A DNA stretch of 64,000 nucleotides, taken from a virus. A program made the translations under genes and the position numbers. How positions within the stretch are numbered: the stretch's first letter is position 1; every line of letters starts with the position of its first letter. The notes beneath the pieces are model-generated. The model was not told the origin of the DNA. It saw nothing but the letters and a program-made list of their open reading frames with translations, and made no database searches. Location: IMG/VR virus record IMGVR_UViG_3300045988_159436; one strand, given 5' to 3'. This document shows, piece after piece, positions 10,101 to 19,490 of this stretch.

Positions 10101-11168
10101 ATGCCAACAGTAGAGATTTATACAGATGAGCCTAGACAAGCCAGAATAAATGAGATTCCTTTAAAAATTAATACAATACATAAAAAAATCAAGGATTTTA
10201 GATTACAGGATAAGGGCGTAAGAATTGCTTATGATTTAGAGCTTAATGATACAGTATCTCGACAAGTTTCTTTTGAAAGAAGTTTTAAAGAAGAATTAGA
10301 AATAGAAGATAAGATTACTAAATTTTTTGAGAAAAAAACAGTATATAATTTAGAGACAGAAGAAATAGCAGAAAAGTTTACAGAAAAATTCTTTGAAAGC
10401 AGGATAGAAATTCAGGAATCTTTGAATAAAATATACGAATTAAATTTAGTAGAAGAATTAGAAATAGAAGATAAGATTACTAAATTTTTTGAGAAAAAAA
10501 CAGTATATAATTTAGAGACAGAAGAAATAGCAGAAAAGTTTACAGAAAAATTCTTTGAAAGCAGGATAGAAATTCAGGAATCTTTGAATAAAATATACGA
10601 ATTAAATTTAGTAGAAGAATTAGAAATAGAAGAATTAAAAGCTAAAGAATTGAGTAAGACATTTGAAGTATTTGTAGAATTAATAGAGATTTATTTAAGA
10701 CATGCTGGAACTGTATTAAGTGATTTAACTCTTTATAATGTTGCTTTAAATGAAACAAATTTTGACCAAGCAATAACTCCTGCTGGATATGATAGATTTA
10801 AAACAATGTTAACTGGGGATTATATTTACCAAAAAGCTTTATTTAGGTTTATTTTATCCGCTACAACTACAAGCGGTGAAAGACCAAATACAAGGGAGTA
10901 TATGCATAAAGTAGATGTTCCTGATACCTTTGAGACAGGAACAATAGAATTTGAGACTAATTGGAATCCTGCTACATATGAATTTAGTAGAGAATTTCAC
11001 ATTGTGCCAGAAGTTACCTATACTATTATTAGAGTTGAAAATATGGAAGAATTAAATCAAGCAGTAGTTTTACCAATAGAAGTTACAACTAAACATATAA
11101 TCGCACAATTAAAAGTTGGCAGTAAATATGTTAATGGTGCCGTTTCATTTTCTGCTAGAGGATATTAA
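10101..11168 (+). CDS. hypothetical structural protein with 54-aa tandem duplication
   Basis: ORF; contains two exact 162-bp copies. Confidence 0.45.
   Translation: MPTVEIYTDEPRQARINEIPLKINTIHKKIKDFRLQDKGVRIAYDLELNDTVSRQVSFERSFKEELEIEDKITKFFEKKTVYNLETEEIAEKFTEKFFESRIEIQESLNKIYELNLVEELEIEDKITKFFEKKTVYNLETEEIAEKFTEKFFESRIEIQESLNKIYELNLVEELEIEELKAKELSKTFEVFVELIEIYLRHAGTVLSDLTLYNVALNETNFDQAITPAGYDRFKTMLTGDYIYQKALFRFILSATTTSGERPNTREYMHKVDVPDTFETGTIEFETNWNPATYEFSREFHIVPEVTYTIIRVENMEELNQAVVLPIEVTTKHIIAQLKVGSKYVNGAVSFSARGY
10290..10613 (+). repeat. exact in-frame tandem duplication 2 x 162 bp (plus about 20-bp third partial copy)
   Basis: copy 1 10290-10451 equals copy 2 10452-10613. Confidence 0.85.
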
Positions 11169-11179
11169 GGAGGGATAAT

Positions 11180-11788
11180 ATGCAAAAATTAGTTACGATT
11201 GAAGAGGCTTGGACGTTAGCAAATTCATTAGGTTATATAAATGATAATTTTAGAAGTTTATTAACAAATAATGCTGGAACAGCATTTCCTTCTACAGAGT
11301 TAGAGTTAGGGATGTCTTGTTTTCGAACTGACCAGTTAAAAATGTATAATTTAGTAAATGTAGAAAGAGAGATTTGGGTTTTAACAATGGATTTAACTCA
11401 AACATATGTTACTAAAGAATATGTAGATAATATTAAAATACCATTGAGTAGGGTTACGGATTTAATTGATTCTGTTACAAATAAAATTAAAGATAATTTA
11501 ATTAATTCTGGATTAGATAATGGACAAGTAGTTGTGGTTGGGGATGGAAACAAAATTGCTACTTCTTTAATTGATACTGGAACTGCATCTGGACAAATTC
11601 CAATAATCAATAAAAATAATAAAGTTGAAATGGGATTAATTGATACAGGAACAACAGCAGGAAAAATTCCTATGCTTCAAGCCGAAGGTAAATTGCCTGC
11701 ATCTACATTGCCTAACAATTTAGCAACTTTTAATGATGCAGGAGAATTAGTATTTCCAAATAAAAATAGAATATTTGTAGGTAGTTAA
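11180..11788 (+). CDS. tail fibre-like protein (shared N-terminal module)
   Basis: N-terminus NAGTAFPSTELELGM..LVNV homologous to 13093 ORF; RBS aggagg. Confidence 0.45.
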   Translation: MQKLVTIEEAWTLANSLGYINDNFRSLLTNNAGTAFPSTELELGMSCFRTDQLKMYNLVNVEREIWVLTMDLTQTYVTKEYVDNIKIPLSRVTDLIDSVTNKIKDNLINSGLDNGQVVVVGDGNKIATSLIDTGTASGQIPIINKNNKVEMGLIDTGTTAGKIPMLQAEGKLPASTLPNNLATFNDAGELVFPNKNRIFVGS

Positions 11789-11789
11789 T

Positions 11790-13082
11790 ATGTCTAATGT
11801 AGATAGCAAGAATAAATTAAAAATGGTTATAGGGGGCGTTAAATATGGACTCCCTCTTTACGATAGTTATAATGATTTTTATAATAAAAAGTATGCAACA
11901 ATTTTATTGTCAAATGGAGATATCAGGTATATTGGATTGACACCAGATAGGTCAGATTTGACGGTTAATGCAGGATGTTATTTATCAGATAAAAAGCATT
12001 ATTTTCTTATAAGAGAAATAACTTCTAATTCAATTAATGCAGGAGGAAGTTTTTGGCAATATATTGCAAATAGTCAAACATTTCAATACCAGAAAATTAT
12101 TTCTACAATGGCTTATGCCCCTGAAAGCGGAATTTATAGAGTTGTTTTTAAAATAAAATGGTCTGGAAGTTATAATGATTATCATAATTATAGATACAAT
12201 AGTTTCTATAGATTCACTGTAAAACAAGGCGATAAAGTTCTAGCAGATACTGGTGAACATAGTTTAGCAGAAAGTATTTTTTATCCTTATTCTACTGGGA
12301 ATGCCTCACAATCTTCACAGGCAAGTGTTGCTAAATGGATGACATTAGGGGAACAGAGATTGTATTTAAAAGCTGGAAGTAATGCTTTTGATTTATGGTT
12401 AGGAATGCGTTTTGATAATAATAAACATGCCGCCGCATATGTTTCTCCTTTTCAAGTAGAAGCAACATATTTAAATTCTAATCAATTAGATGCTTTTTAT
12501 GATGATGGTATATTTAAATGCCCAGATAATGTTGATAAAATAAATGTTATAATGGCGGGTGGCGGTGGCGGTGGCGGCGCCTTAGTTCGTGTAAAGTATA
12601 AAAGTTATTCTGAACATTCAACTAATGTTTCATATTCTTATGGTTCTAATGATGGAAGTGATGGTCAATTTATAAATCGAGAAATTGCAGTTACTCCAAA
12701 TGCTTCGTATCCTGTTTTTATCGGAAAAGGTGGAGCCGCTAGTACCGATAATTTAAAAATAGAACTTGGAGAATATACTTTTTCCACTCCTGGGAATTAT
12801 GCCGCAGGAGATGGAAAAGATGGAACAGCTACTACTGCCTTTGGGCTTACTGCTAATGGAGGTAAAGGTGGTTATGGAGGACTTTTAACCATTTATGATT
12901 CTCACCGCACAAGAGAATTTATAAAAAGACCCCCAACAACTACAGAAAGTGCTAATGGAGGTAAAGGTGGTTCTTTAGTTACTCAATCATGGGGTGGAAT
13001 ATTTGACAGATATACAGGAGACATGAAAAATGCTTCAAATGGAGGCAATGGATATGTAAAGATAGAGTATTCAAAAAATTGA
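11790..13082 (+). CDS. glycine-rich tail fibre / receptor-binding-like protein
   Basis: Gly runs (GGGGGGGA, NGGKGGYGG); position in the fibre module. Confidence 0.45.
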   Translation: MSNVDSKNKLKMVIGGVKYGLPLYDSYNDFYNKKYATILLSNGDIRYIGLTPDRSDLTVNAGCYLSDKKHYFLIREITSNSINAGGSFWQYIANSQTFQYQKIISTMAYAPESGIYRVVFKIKWSGSYNDYHNYRYNSFYRFTVKQGDKVLADTGEHSLAESIFYPYSTGNASQSSQASVAKWMTLGEQRLYLKAGSNAFDLWLGMRFDNNKHAAAYVSPFQVEATYLNSNQLDAFYDDGIFKCPDNVDKINVIMAGGGGGGGALVRVKYKSYSEHSTNVSYSYGSNDGSDGQFINREIAVTPNASYPVFIGKGGAASTDNLKIELGEYTFSTPGNYAAGDGKDGTATTAFGLTANGGKGGYGGLLTIYDSHRTREFIKRPPTTTESANGGKGGSLVTQSWGGIFDRYTGDMKNASNGGNGYVKIEYSKN

Positions 13083-13092
13083 GGTGATATAG

Positions 13093-13521
13093 TTGGCATA
13101 CCAAAAATTTACTGGTGAAGAATTTATTGATACAGAATTAACACCAAAATTAAATGATAATTTTGATGCTGTACGTTCTGGGAATGCAGGAACAGTTTTC
13201 CCAACAGAAAATTTAGTAATTGGAATGAAATTTTTTGATACAAGTTCAAATAAAGAATATACTTTAGTTAATTTAAATCCTATAGAATGGAAAAAATTAG
13301 GTGGAACAGTAATAAGAAGAACGTTTACTTTAGCAGATTGGGTAAAGAGCGGGAATAATTATATTTATAATCTTGGAGATGGACAGTATTCGGTAACTGG
13401 GGTAGGAGCGCAAAGTGGGAGCTCTTATAAGAGTGTGTTGATAGATGTTACTAATAATAACTTAGTTTCCATATCTGTTTTTAGTGGATACGTAGATTAT
13501 ACAGAATATAATGAAGAGTAG
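13093..13521 (+). CDS. tail fibre N-terminal module protein
   Basis: MAYQKFTGEEFIDTELTPKLNDNF homologous to the N-terminus of 20692 ORF. Confidence 0.45.
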   Translation: MAYQKFTGEEFIDTELTPKLNDNFDAVRSGNAGTVFPTENLVIGMKFFDTSSNKEYTLVNLNPIEWKKLGGTVIRRTFTLADWVKSGNNYIYNLGDGQYSVTGVGAQSGSSYKSVLIDVTNNNLVSISVFSGYVDYTEYNEE

Positions 13522-13533
13522 GAGTGATAATTT

Positions 13534-15348
13534 TTGGAACATATAACTAAACAAGAAGATGTAACAGTAACTAGAATAGTAAGCTCTTTAAATACTTTAG
13601 ATGATGAAAATATGGTGGTAGTGTCCACTACAGAGCCAGAGAAGAAAAAAGATGGATTAATATGGGTTAATCCAAATCAAGAAGAAGCGGAAAAATTGGT
13701 TTATGTAGGACATACAGTTGGTGACATTTATCCCATTAGTTATACAGAGTTAGATTCAGGTCAGTTAATATTAAATGGTCAGTTAATAAGCAGAGAAATA
13801 TATGGTGTGTTATGGGATTGGTTGCAAAAACACCCTAGTTTAATAAAAACAGAAGTAGAGTGGAATGCATATTTAGCATCAACAAATAATGTATGTTGCC
13901 CATATTTTAGTATGGGAACTACTGAAACTAATTTTAGATTGCCTAAATATAGTGGAGTATTTATTAGAGCTGATTCTGATATAACTAAAATTAATCAATT
14001 TAGTGAAGATACACAAAGAAATATTCTTGGACAATTTACAACTTTTCGTACAAGTTGGGATGATGGTACTGGAGAATTACTTTTTGGAGTGAGTGGAGCT
14101 TTTGCAAAAGTAGAAACTGGTAATAATATGGACAGTATTCATCAAGATGGCTCAGACAGACAACAGCAAACTATAAATTTCGACGCTTCACGTTCAGTAG
14201 GCGCAGAGCATACTGGCGAAGAAGTAAAACCTAAATCAATAAATCAAATATGGGTTATTCAAGCTGTAGGAACTATTACTAATCAAACAAGTATTGATGT
14301 AAGTGCTATTCAAGAAGAAGTGCAACAATTAATGGATTTTGGGAATTATCAAGTAGCTTGCATTAAGGATAAATCCAATTATTTTTCAAGAGATAGTTTA
14401 TTTACTTCAAACAAAACGTCTATTGTTATTCCTAAGAATATGCGGATAAATATAAATGGAGAGGCTTATATAAGCACACGTAATGTCACTCTTAATACTT
14501 CAACATTAGGTGAAAATCTAGCGGGTAAAGATGTTTATATTTATGCCTTAGCAGGTTCTGGAACAGAGCCAGATTTTGTATTATCTTTAAATAGTACAGT
14601 TCCTACAGGATATACAGCAGAAAATAGCCGTAAAATAGGTGGTTTTCATTGTTTATGTAAAGATGTTGGGATTATAGAAGGGCATGCTTTATCTGGATAT
14701 GTTGCAGGGGATATCTTACCAGCAACAAGATGGGATTTAGAACACCGCCCAAAAGGAAATCCAGAAGGATTTGCTTATGAAGAATTAACGGATTGTTGGA
14801 TTGCGATTTATCTGCCAAGTTGGGACGGAACTAAATTAGTCAGTGTTTATAATGGAGTTATTGCTGATGGAAGCTCTGCTAAAAAATGGCATGGAGAAGC
14901 TTTTTATGAGCAATTTGTAAAACAAGGAATGCGTTTAGTTTGGCGGCACGAATTTCAAATGGGAGCAAAAGGTTCTAATGAACAAACAAATATTCAAGGT
15001 TCATCTGACCCTAATACTACAGGTGGGCATGTAGATACGGCTGGAAGAAGAATGATTAGTAATATAGGATTAGAAGATTGTTGTGGTGTATTATGGCAAT
15101 TTTCAATGGATTTAGGCTTTGCTGGCGGGTCTGGTTGGACAAATTCTACTTATAACTCTAATGTAGACGATAGAAGTTATGGACGAACATATGGAACGCT
15201 TTATCGCTTGCTGTTGGGTTCTAGCTGGAATGTTGGCTCGTATTGCGGTTCTCGTTCGGCTAATTGCAATGATTCTTCGGCTTATGTGTCTGTCCACAAC
15301 TCTTCTCGTAGTGCGTCTGAGCCGAGAATTGAAAATTTGAGAAACTAA
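13534..15348 (+). CDS. tail fibre / receptor-binding protein, DGR target (C-terminal variable region)
   Basis: 604 aa; last about 38 codons form the VR matching the downstream TR with A-specific differences. Confidence 0.7.
   Translation: MEHITKQEDVTVTRIVSSLNTLDDENMVVVSTTEPEKKKDGLIWVNPNQEEAEKLVYVGHTVGDIYPISYTELDSGQLILNGQLISREIYGVLWDWLQKHPSLIKTEVEWNAYLASTNNVCCPYFSMGTTETNFRLPKYSGVFIRADSDITKINQFSEDTQRNILGQFTTFRTSWDDGTGELLFGVSGAFAKVETGNNMDSIHQDGSDRQQQTINFDASRSVGAEHTGEEVKPKSINQIWVIQAVGTITNQTSIDVSAIQEEVQQLMDFGNYQVACIKDKSNYFSRDSLFTSNKTSIVIPKNMRININGEAYISTRNVTLNTSTLGENLAGKDVYIYALAGSGTEPDFVLSLNSTVPTGYTAENSRKIGGFHCLCKDVGIIEGHALSGYVAGDILPATRWDLEHRPKGNPEGFAYEELTDCWIAIYLPSWDGTKLVSVYNGVIADGSSAKKWHGEAFYEQFVKQGMRLVWRHEFQMGAKGSNEQTNIQGSSDPNTTGGHVDTAGRRMISNIGLEDCCGVLWQFSMDLGFAGGSGWTNSTYNSNVDDRSYGRTYGTLYRLLLGSSWNVGSYCGSRSANCNDSSAYVSVHNSSRSASEPRIENLRN
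15208..15320 (+). repeat. DGR variable region (VR)
   Basis: 113 bp, 99/113 identical to TR; all 14 mismatches are at TR adenines. Confidence 0.85.
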
Positions 15349-15420
15349 GAAACCGAGAAAAAGTTTGGATAGTTGGACAGAGAGGTCTAGAAACCGAGAG
15401 ACCGAGACTAAAATTTTTAG

Positions 15421-15449
15421 TTGTGAGAAAATAAAGAAGATTATATAAT
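15421..15449 (+). promoter_or_regulatory. promoter for DGR TR-RT transcript
   Basis: TTGTGA-17-TATAAT, 47 bp upstream of TR. Confidence 0.45.
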
Positions 15450-15495
15450 AATATTATATAAGGGCATATATGATACTTAGATTGGCAAGATTTTT

Positions 15496-15608
15496 TTGCT
15501 GTTGAGTTCTAACTGGAATAATGGCACGAATTGCAGTTCTCGTTCAGCTAATTGCAATGATTCATCAGCTAATGTGAATGTCAACAACTCTTCTCGTAGT
15601 ACGTCTGA
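15496..15608 (+). repeat. DGR template region (TR)
   Basis: non-coding copy of VR; adenine-rich AAY codons at variable positions. Confidence 0.85.
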
Positions 15609-15759
15609 TACGTGGGTGATTTTAAAGCAGGTGCGGCTTACCCTCGGCTGATTATATATGCCTCACTGAAAAGTGAAATACAAAACAGGGAGAAATAGGG
15701 GCTAGTAAAGTAATTGAACGTCCTTATTTCTAAATTTTATTAAATTAAAAGGATAATTA

Positions 15760-16776
15760 ATGAAAAGAAAAGGAAATTTATGGACTAAAATAATAGACAA
15801 AAGCAATTTATATTTGGCTTTTGAGAAAGCTAAAAGACATAAAAGTTGGCAAAGAAAGGTTAAAATTATAGAAGCAAATTTAGATTATTATATTGAAAAG
15901 TTACAAAATGATTTGATAACAGGTCAATATAAAACTGCTGAATATAAGTTAAAAACAATTTATGAGCCAAAGAAAAGAGATATTTATATTTTGCCATTTT
16001 ATCCAGATAGGATAGTTCATCACGCTATTATGAATGTTTTAGAGCCTATATGGGATAATAGATTTATTTATAATAGTTATGCTTGTCGAAAAAATAAAGG
16101 TCAACATAAAGGCAGTATAAAATGTATGGAATACACTAGAAAGTTTAAATATTGTTTGAAATGTGATATAAGTAAATTTTATCCTTCTATTAATCACAGG
16201 CTTCTAAAGAAAGTGATACGTAAAAAAATAAAATGTAAAAAGACTTTAAATTTATTAGATGAGATAATTGATAGTGTTGATACGCCTGTAAATGTTCCTA
16301 TAGGAAATTATTTAAGTCAGTGGTTTGGAAACTTATATTTAAATGAGTTAGATGTTTTTCTAAAGCAAGAGAATTGTGTAAAAAATTATTTAAGATATTG
16401 CGATGATTTTTTATTATTTTCTGATGATAAAACATATTTAAATAAAATGGCTAAAATAATAAATGAATATGTAGTTAATATTTTAGAATTAAAACTTAGC
16501 AAATGTGTTTTGTTTCCAACAGCACAAGGAGTTGATTTTTTAGGATATAGACATTTCCATGCTGGTTATGTTTTGGTAAGAAAATCAACAGCTAAAAGAA
16601 TGAAGCGTAGGATTAAAAGATTAAAATATGAATTATTAAAGAATAAAATAAGTCAAGATAAGGCTTTATCTGTTGTAGCAAGTTTATCTGGGGGGTTAAG
16701 ATGGGCTAATAGTTACAATTTAAAAATGTCTTTAGAGCTAGAATTATTAAAAAAGGAATTAGGAGGAAACTCTTAG
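15760..16776 (+). CDS. DGR reverse transcriptase
   Basis: 338 aa; motifs PIGNYLSQWFGNLYLNELD and YCDDFLLF (YxDD) typical of DGR RTs. Confidence 0.85.
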   Translation: MKRKGNLWTKIIDKSNLYLAFEKAKRHKSWQRKVKIIEANLDYYIEKLQNDLITGQYKTAEYKLKTIYEPKKRDIYILPFYPDRIVHHAIMNVLEPIWDNRFIYNSYACRKNKGQHKGSIKCMEYTRKFKYCLKCDISKFYPSINHRLLKKVIRKKIKCKKTLNLLDEIIDSVDTPVNVPIGNYLSQWFGNLYLNELDVFLKQENCVKNYLRYCDDFLLFSDDKTYLNKMAKIINEYVVNILELKLSKCVLFPTAQGVDFLGYRHFHAGYVLVRKSTAKRMKRRIKRLKYELLKNKISQDKALSVVASLSGGLRWANSYNLKMSLELELLKKELGGNS

Positions 16777-17055
16777 GTGGACAAGTTCAGTAGTTTTGCA
16801 GAAGAAAGATTAGTTGGAGATAAGGTTAGTGTTTCTGACATTTTAAATAAAGAAATAACAGTTTTATCTTATAAAATAATGAAAAGTAAAATAGAAGATG
16901 ATAATTATGCTCAAATTCAAATTGAAATAAATGGTGAAAAGAAAGTTGTATTTACAAGTTCTAAAGTTTTAAAAGACCAATTAGAAACTTATAAAGACCA
17001 TATTCCTTTTATTGCAACAATAATTAAAACAAGAAAATATTTTTCTTTTAGTTAA
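16777..17055 (+). CDS. hypothetical protein
   Basis: ORF following the RT gene. Confidence 0.4.
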   Translation: MDKFSSFAEERLVGDKVSVSDILNKEITVLSYKIMKSKIEDDNYAQIQIEINGEKKVVFTSSKVLKDQLETYKDHIPFIATIIKTRKYFSFS

Positions 17056-17067
17056 GGGGGAAATGTA

Positions 17068-17355
17068 ATGATAGGCTATCCAAAACATTTAAATACAAAA
17101 GCAGATTATGAATATGTAAAAAGTAATTTTCCAAAGGAAATGTGGGAAAATGATTTTCGTGTTTTATTGGAGACCGCACATGATTGGTTTTTTATTAGAG
17201 AATTAGAAAAAGGAGAGGTTCCTGTATTATTAGAAAATCAAAAGATAGAAAAAACGGAAGAAAAAGATTGTTTATTTGAATATAAATATGATGAAAATTG
17301 CACATTAAATAGATTAGGATTTACAATAGAAGAAATTGAAGAATATTTAAAATAA
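17068..17355 (+). CDS. hypothetical protein
   Basis: ORF with RBS aagggggaa. Confidence 0.45.
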   Translation: MIGYPKHLNTKADYEYVKSNFPKEMWENDFRVLLETAHDWFFIRELEKGEVPVLLENQKIEKTEEKDCLFEYKYDENCTLNRLGFTIEEIEEYLK

Positions 17356-17358
17356 TAG

Positions 17359-17387
17359 TTGACAATTTTTACATAATATGGTATAAT
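17359..17387 (+). promoter_or_regulatory. consensus promoter with extended -10
   Basis: TTGACA-17-TGgTATAAT. Confidence 0.6.
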
Positions 17388-17451
17388 ATTTATAGTGTTC
17401 AGATAACAGCTATGACTGTTAAGTTATTACTTAAAATTTAATAAGTAATGC

Positions 17452-17480
17452 TTGACAGTCTTTTTATTTTATGTTATAAT
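17452..17480 (+). promoter_or_regulatory. consensus promoter
   Basis: TTGACA-17-TATAAT. Confidence 0.6.
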
Positions 17481-17501
17481 AGTATTGAGGTGGAGGAAAT
17501 A

Positions 17502-17699
17502 TTGAAAGATTTTGAGAAACGTTTAAGTAAACAAAATTTTATGTTAATTAAAGTAAATGAATATTATTTTATTAGAAAAAGCAGAGCGTTTAAAAATAGT
17601 TATATGGTATTAGATTCAAAAGGGTATTTGATAGATTGTTTACAAGAAAAAATAGTTCGGCAAGTTTTTTTAGGCATAGATTTGGGGGAATGGGAATGA
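17502..17699 (+). CDS. small early protein, WE-terminal family
   Basis: TTG start after gaggtggagg RBS (the track start 17448 overlaps the promoter); ends ..GEWE. Confidence 0.4.
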   Translation: MKDFEKRLSKQNFMLIKVNEYYFIRKSRAFKNSYMVLDSKGYLIDCLQEKIVRQVFLGIDLGEWE

Positions 17700-17911
17700 T
17701 TAAAAAACCTAATAATAATTGTAAATTATGCAAGTGTCTTCATAACTATAGCTATTTTAAAAAAGGTGAGTATTATTGGGCTGAATTAGGAGAACGTTTT
17801 TTTGCTGGTGCAGTTGTAGTATATTTTGGGAAGGACAGACATAATATGTGCTCTGTGGTTTTTTCCGACTTTTTCATTAAATTTCGATGGGAGGATTCAC
17901 AATGGGAATGA
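17696..17911 (+). CDS. small early protein, WE-terminal family
   Basis: ATG overlaps the upstream stop (gaATGa); ends ..SQWE. Confidence 0.4.
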   Translation: MIKKPNNNCKLCKCLHNYSYFKKGEYYWAELGERFFAGAVVVYFGKDRHNMCSVVFSDFFIKFRWEDSQWE

Positions 17912-18108
17912 GGATAACAGTAACTCCAAAAAGACAACTTATACATTATAATTTAAATGAGCAATATATAGCAGTGCCTGTATTTAGTGTGTATGGAAGT
18001 ATGGAATATAATATTTATAATAAAAAAGGCAATCTTTTAAATTCTTGGGTATCCCAAGAGTCATTATTTAATTTTTTTAAAAAGGTAGTAGATAAAGAAT
18101 GGGAATAA
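17887..18108 (+). CDS. small early protein, WE-terminal family
   Basis: ends ..KEWE; stop overlaps the next start. Confidence 0.4.
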   Translation: MGGFTMGMRITVTPKRQLIHYNLNEQYIAVPVFSVYGSMEYNIYNKKGNLLNSWVSQESLFNFFKKVVDKEWE

Positions 18109-18308
18109 AGTTAGTAAAGGCAAAAGATAATTCGGCTCATTTTAGTCGTGGAGAGTTGTATAAAGTAACCCCATATAAAACTATGTATGGAGAAACAAAA
18201 TATACTATTTATACTGAGAATGGGTGGTTTATAAAAAGTTTTGTAACAGAAGGGGAATTACTTTATTTTTTTGATGTAGTTAATAATTATAATTTTGGAT
18301 GGGAATAA
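18099..18308 (+). CDS. small early protein, WE-terminal family
   Basis: ATGGGAATAA junction; ends ..FGWE. Confidence 0.4.
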   Translation: MGIKLVKAKDNSAHFSRGELYKVTPYKTMYGETKYTIYTENGWFIKSFVTEGELLYFFDVVNNYNFGWE

Positions 18309-18323
18309 AAGGAGGAAATAAAA

Positions 18324-18701
18324 ATGGAACCAATTATTAGTCCGTGGGTATTTTATTTTATTGATAAGTTAGATGAGGTGTCTGGATTGCCTTTATCAAT
18401 TTTTGCTTTTGGAATGTTAACAAATTTTATATTAGTTATGGTTACTGAAACATCAGAAGAGTTTAAAAGGTGGTTTTTTCCAAAAGCGTGGTTAGCACTT
18501 TTTTTGCTATCAGTTATGTTTGTTTTTTTAGTTCCTACAAAAGAAACGGCATACAAAATGATTATAGCAAATTATGTAACGCCTAACAGTATTTCTATAG
18601 TAAAAGAAGCCACAGAAGATAACATTGCTTCTTTAATAGATAAAATAGCAGTTGCTTCACAGGCATTATCAGGAAGGGAGAAAGAATCAAAATCCAAATG
18701 A
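18324..18701 (+). CDS. membrane protein (2 TM)
   Basis: RBS aaggagg; two hydrophobic segments. Confidence 0.45.
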   Translation: MEPIISPWVFYFIDKLDEVSGLPLSIFAFGMLTNFILVMVTETSEEFKRWFFPKAWLALFLLSVMFVFLVPTKETAYKMIIANYVTPNSISIVKEATEDNIASLIDKIAVASQALSGREKESKSK

Positions 18702-18898
18702 AACAGATAGAAAAAGTAAAGAAATTATATAAACCAAAATTTGAAATAGTAAGAGCAGAGAAAGTAAAAGATAATTATATATTATTCTTAGATGATAAAA
18801 ATATTATATTAGAAGAAGATGCTTTTAAATCATTATTTGAGCTTTATAGTGCTTTAGTTTCTTACTATGATGTAAGAAAGGATGAAACAAATGATTGA
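18698..18898 (+). CDS. hypothetical protein
   Basis: ORF overlapping the upstream stop. Confidence 0.35.
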   Translation: MKQIEKVKKLYKPKFEIVRAEKVKDNYILFLDDKNIILEEDAFKSLFELYSALVSYYDVRKDETND

Positions 18899-18952
18899 AT
18901 TATTCAATAGGGATTGTTTTGAAGTAGCAAAACGTAGAATAGAGGAAATAAA

Positions 18953-19486
18953 ATGATTATACGCAAAGATGATTATTTTAAAGTTCGTACTTTTTTTAAG
19001 TATGATGGTAATTCCTTTTTTAAAGGAGATTTATTACGAATAGTAAATAGTTGGTCAGATGAGGAAGCGGACTTTTGTAGTGAGTATTTTGAGTTATTTT
19101 TAAAGAAAAACAATTTAATGTTTAATCAAAAGTTTCAGGTTTTGGATTATGATGGAAAATATGCTGTTGGTAATGGGGCAAAATTTTGGATAGCAGATAA
19201 TAAACTTCATTGTGATAATCCAGAGATGAATACTCGGCTTATTATGTTAGAACTATTTGCTGGTAATTGTAGTGTAAAACAATTTCCTTATTATCCCACA
19301 AATGGTGATGTATATTTTTATGTCTATATGGACGGAAGCAATAATCAGGGAGTTGTATCTAAGGGAGTATTTTATGGTAATTTAGTAGACCAGCTTTTGC
19401 GAAGTTTAGGAAAATGTTATAGAACTAGAAACGAAGCAGAAGAGCATTTAAAAGAGGATGTTAATTTTTTATTAAAAGGAAGATGA
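18953..19486 (+). CDS. hypothetical protein
   Basis: ORF, RBS gaggaaataaaatg. Confidence 0.45.
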   Translation: MIIRKDDYFKVRTFFKYDGNSFFKGDLLRIVNSWSDEEADFCSEYFELFLKKNNLMFNQKFQVLDYDGKYAVGNGAKFWIADNKLHCDNPEMNTRLIMLELFAGNCSVKQFPYYPTNGDVYFYVYMDGSNNQGVVSKGVFYGNLVDQLLRSLGKCYRTRNEAEEHLKEDVNFLLKGR

Positions 19487-19490
19487 AAAA

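Noticed and set aside
15349-15759. tRNA or small RNA in the ORF-less region after the fibre gene
   Set aside because: No cloverleaf-compatible acceptor/T-arm pattern was seen. The region is accounted for by the DGR TR, its promoter and downstream hairpins.
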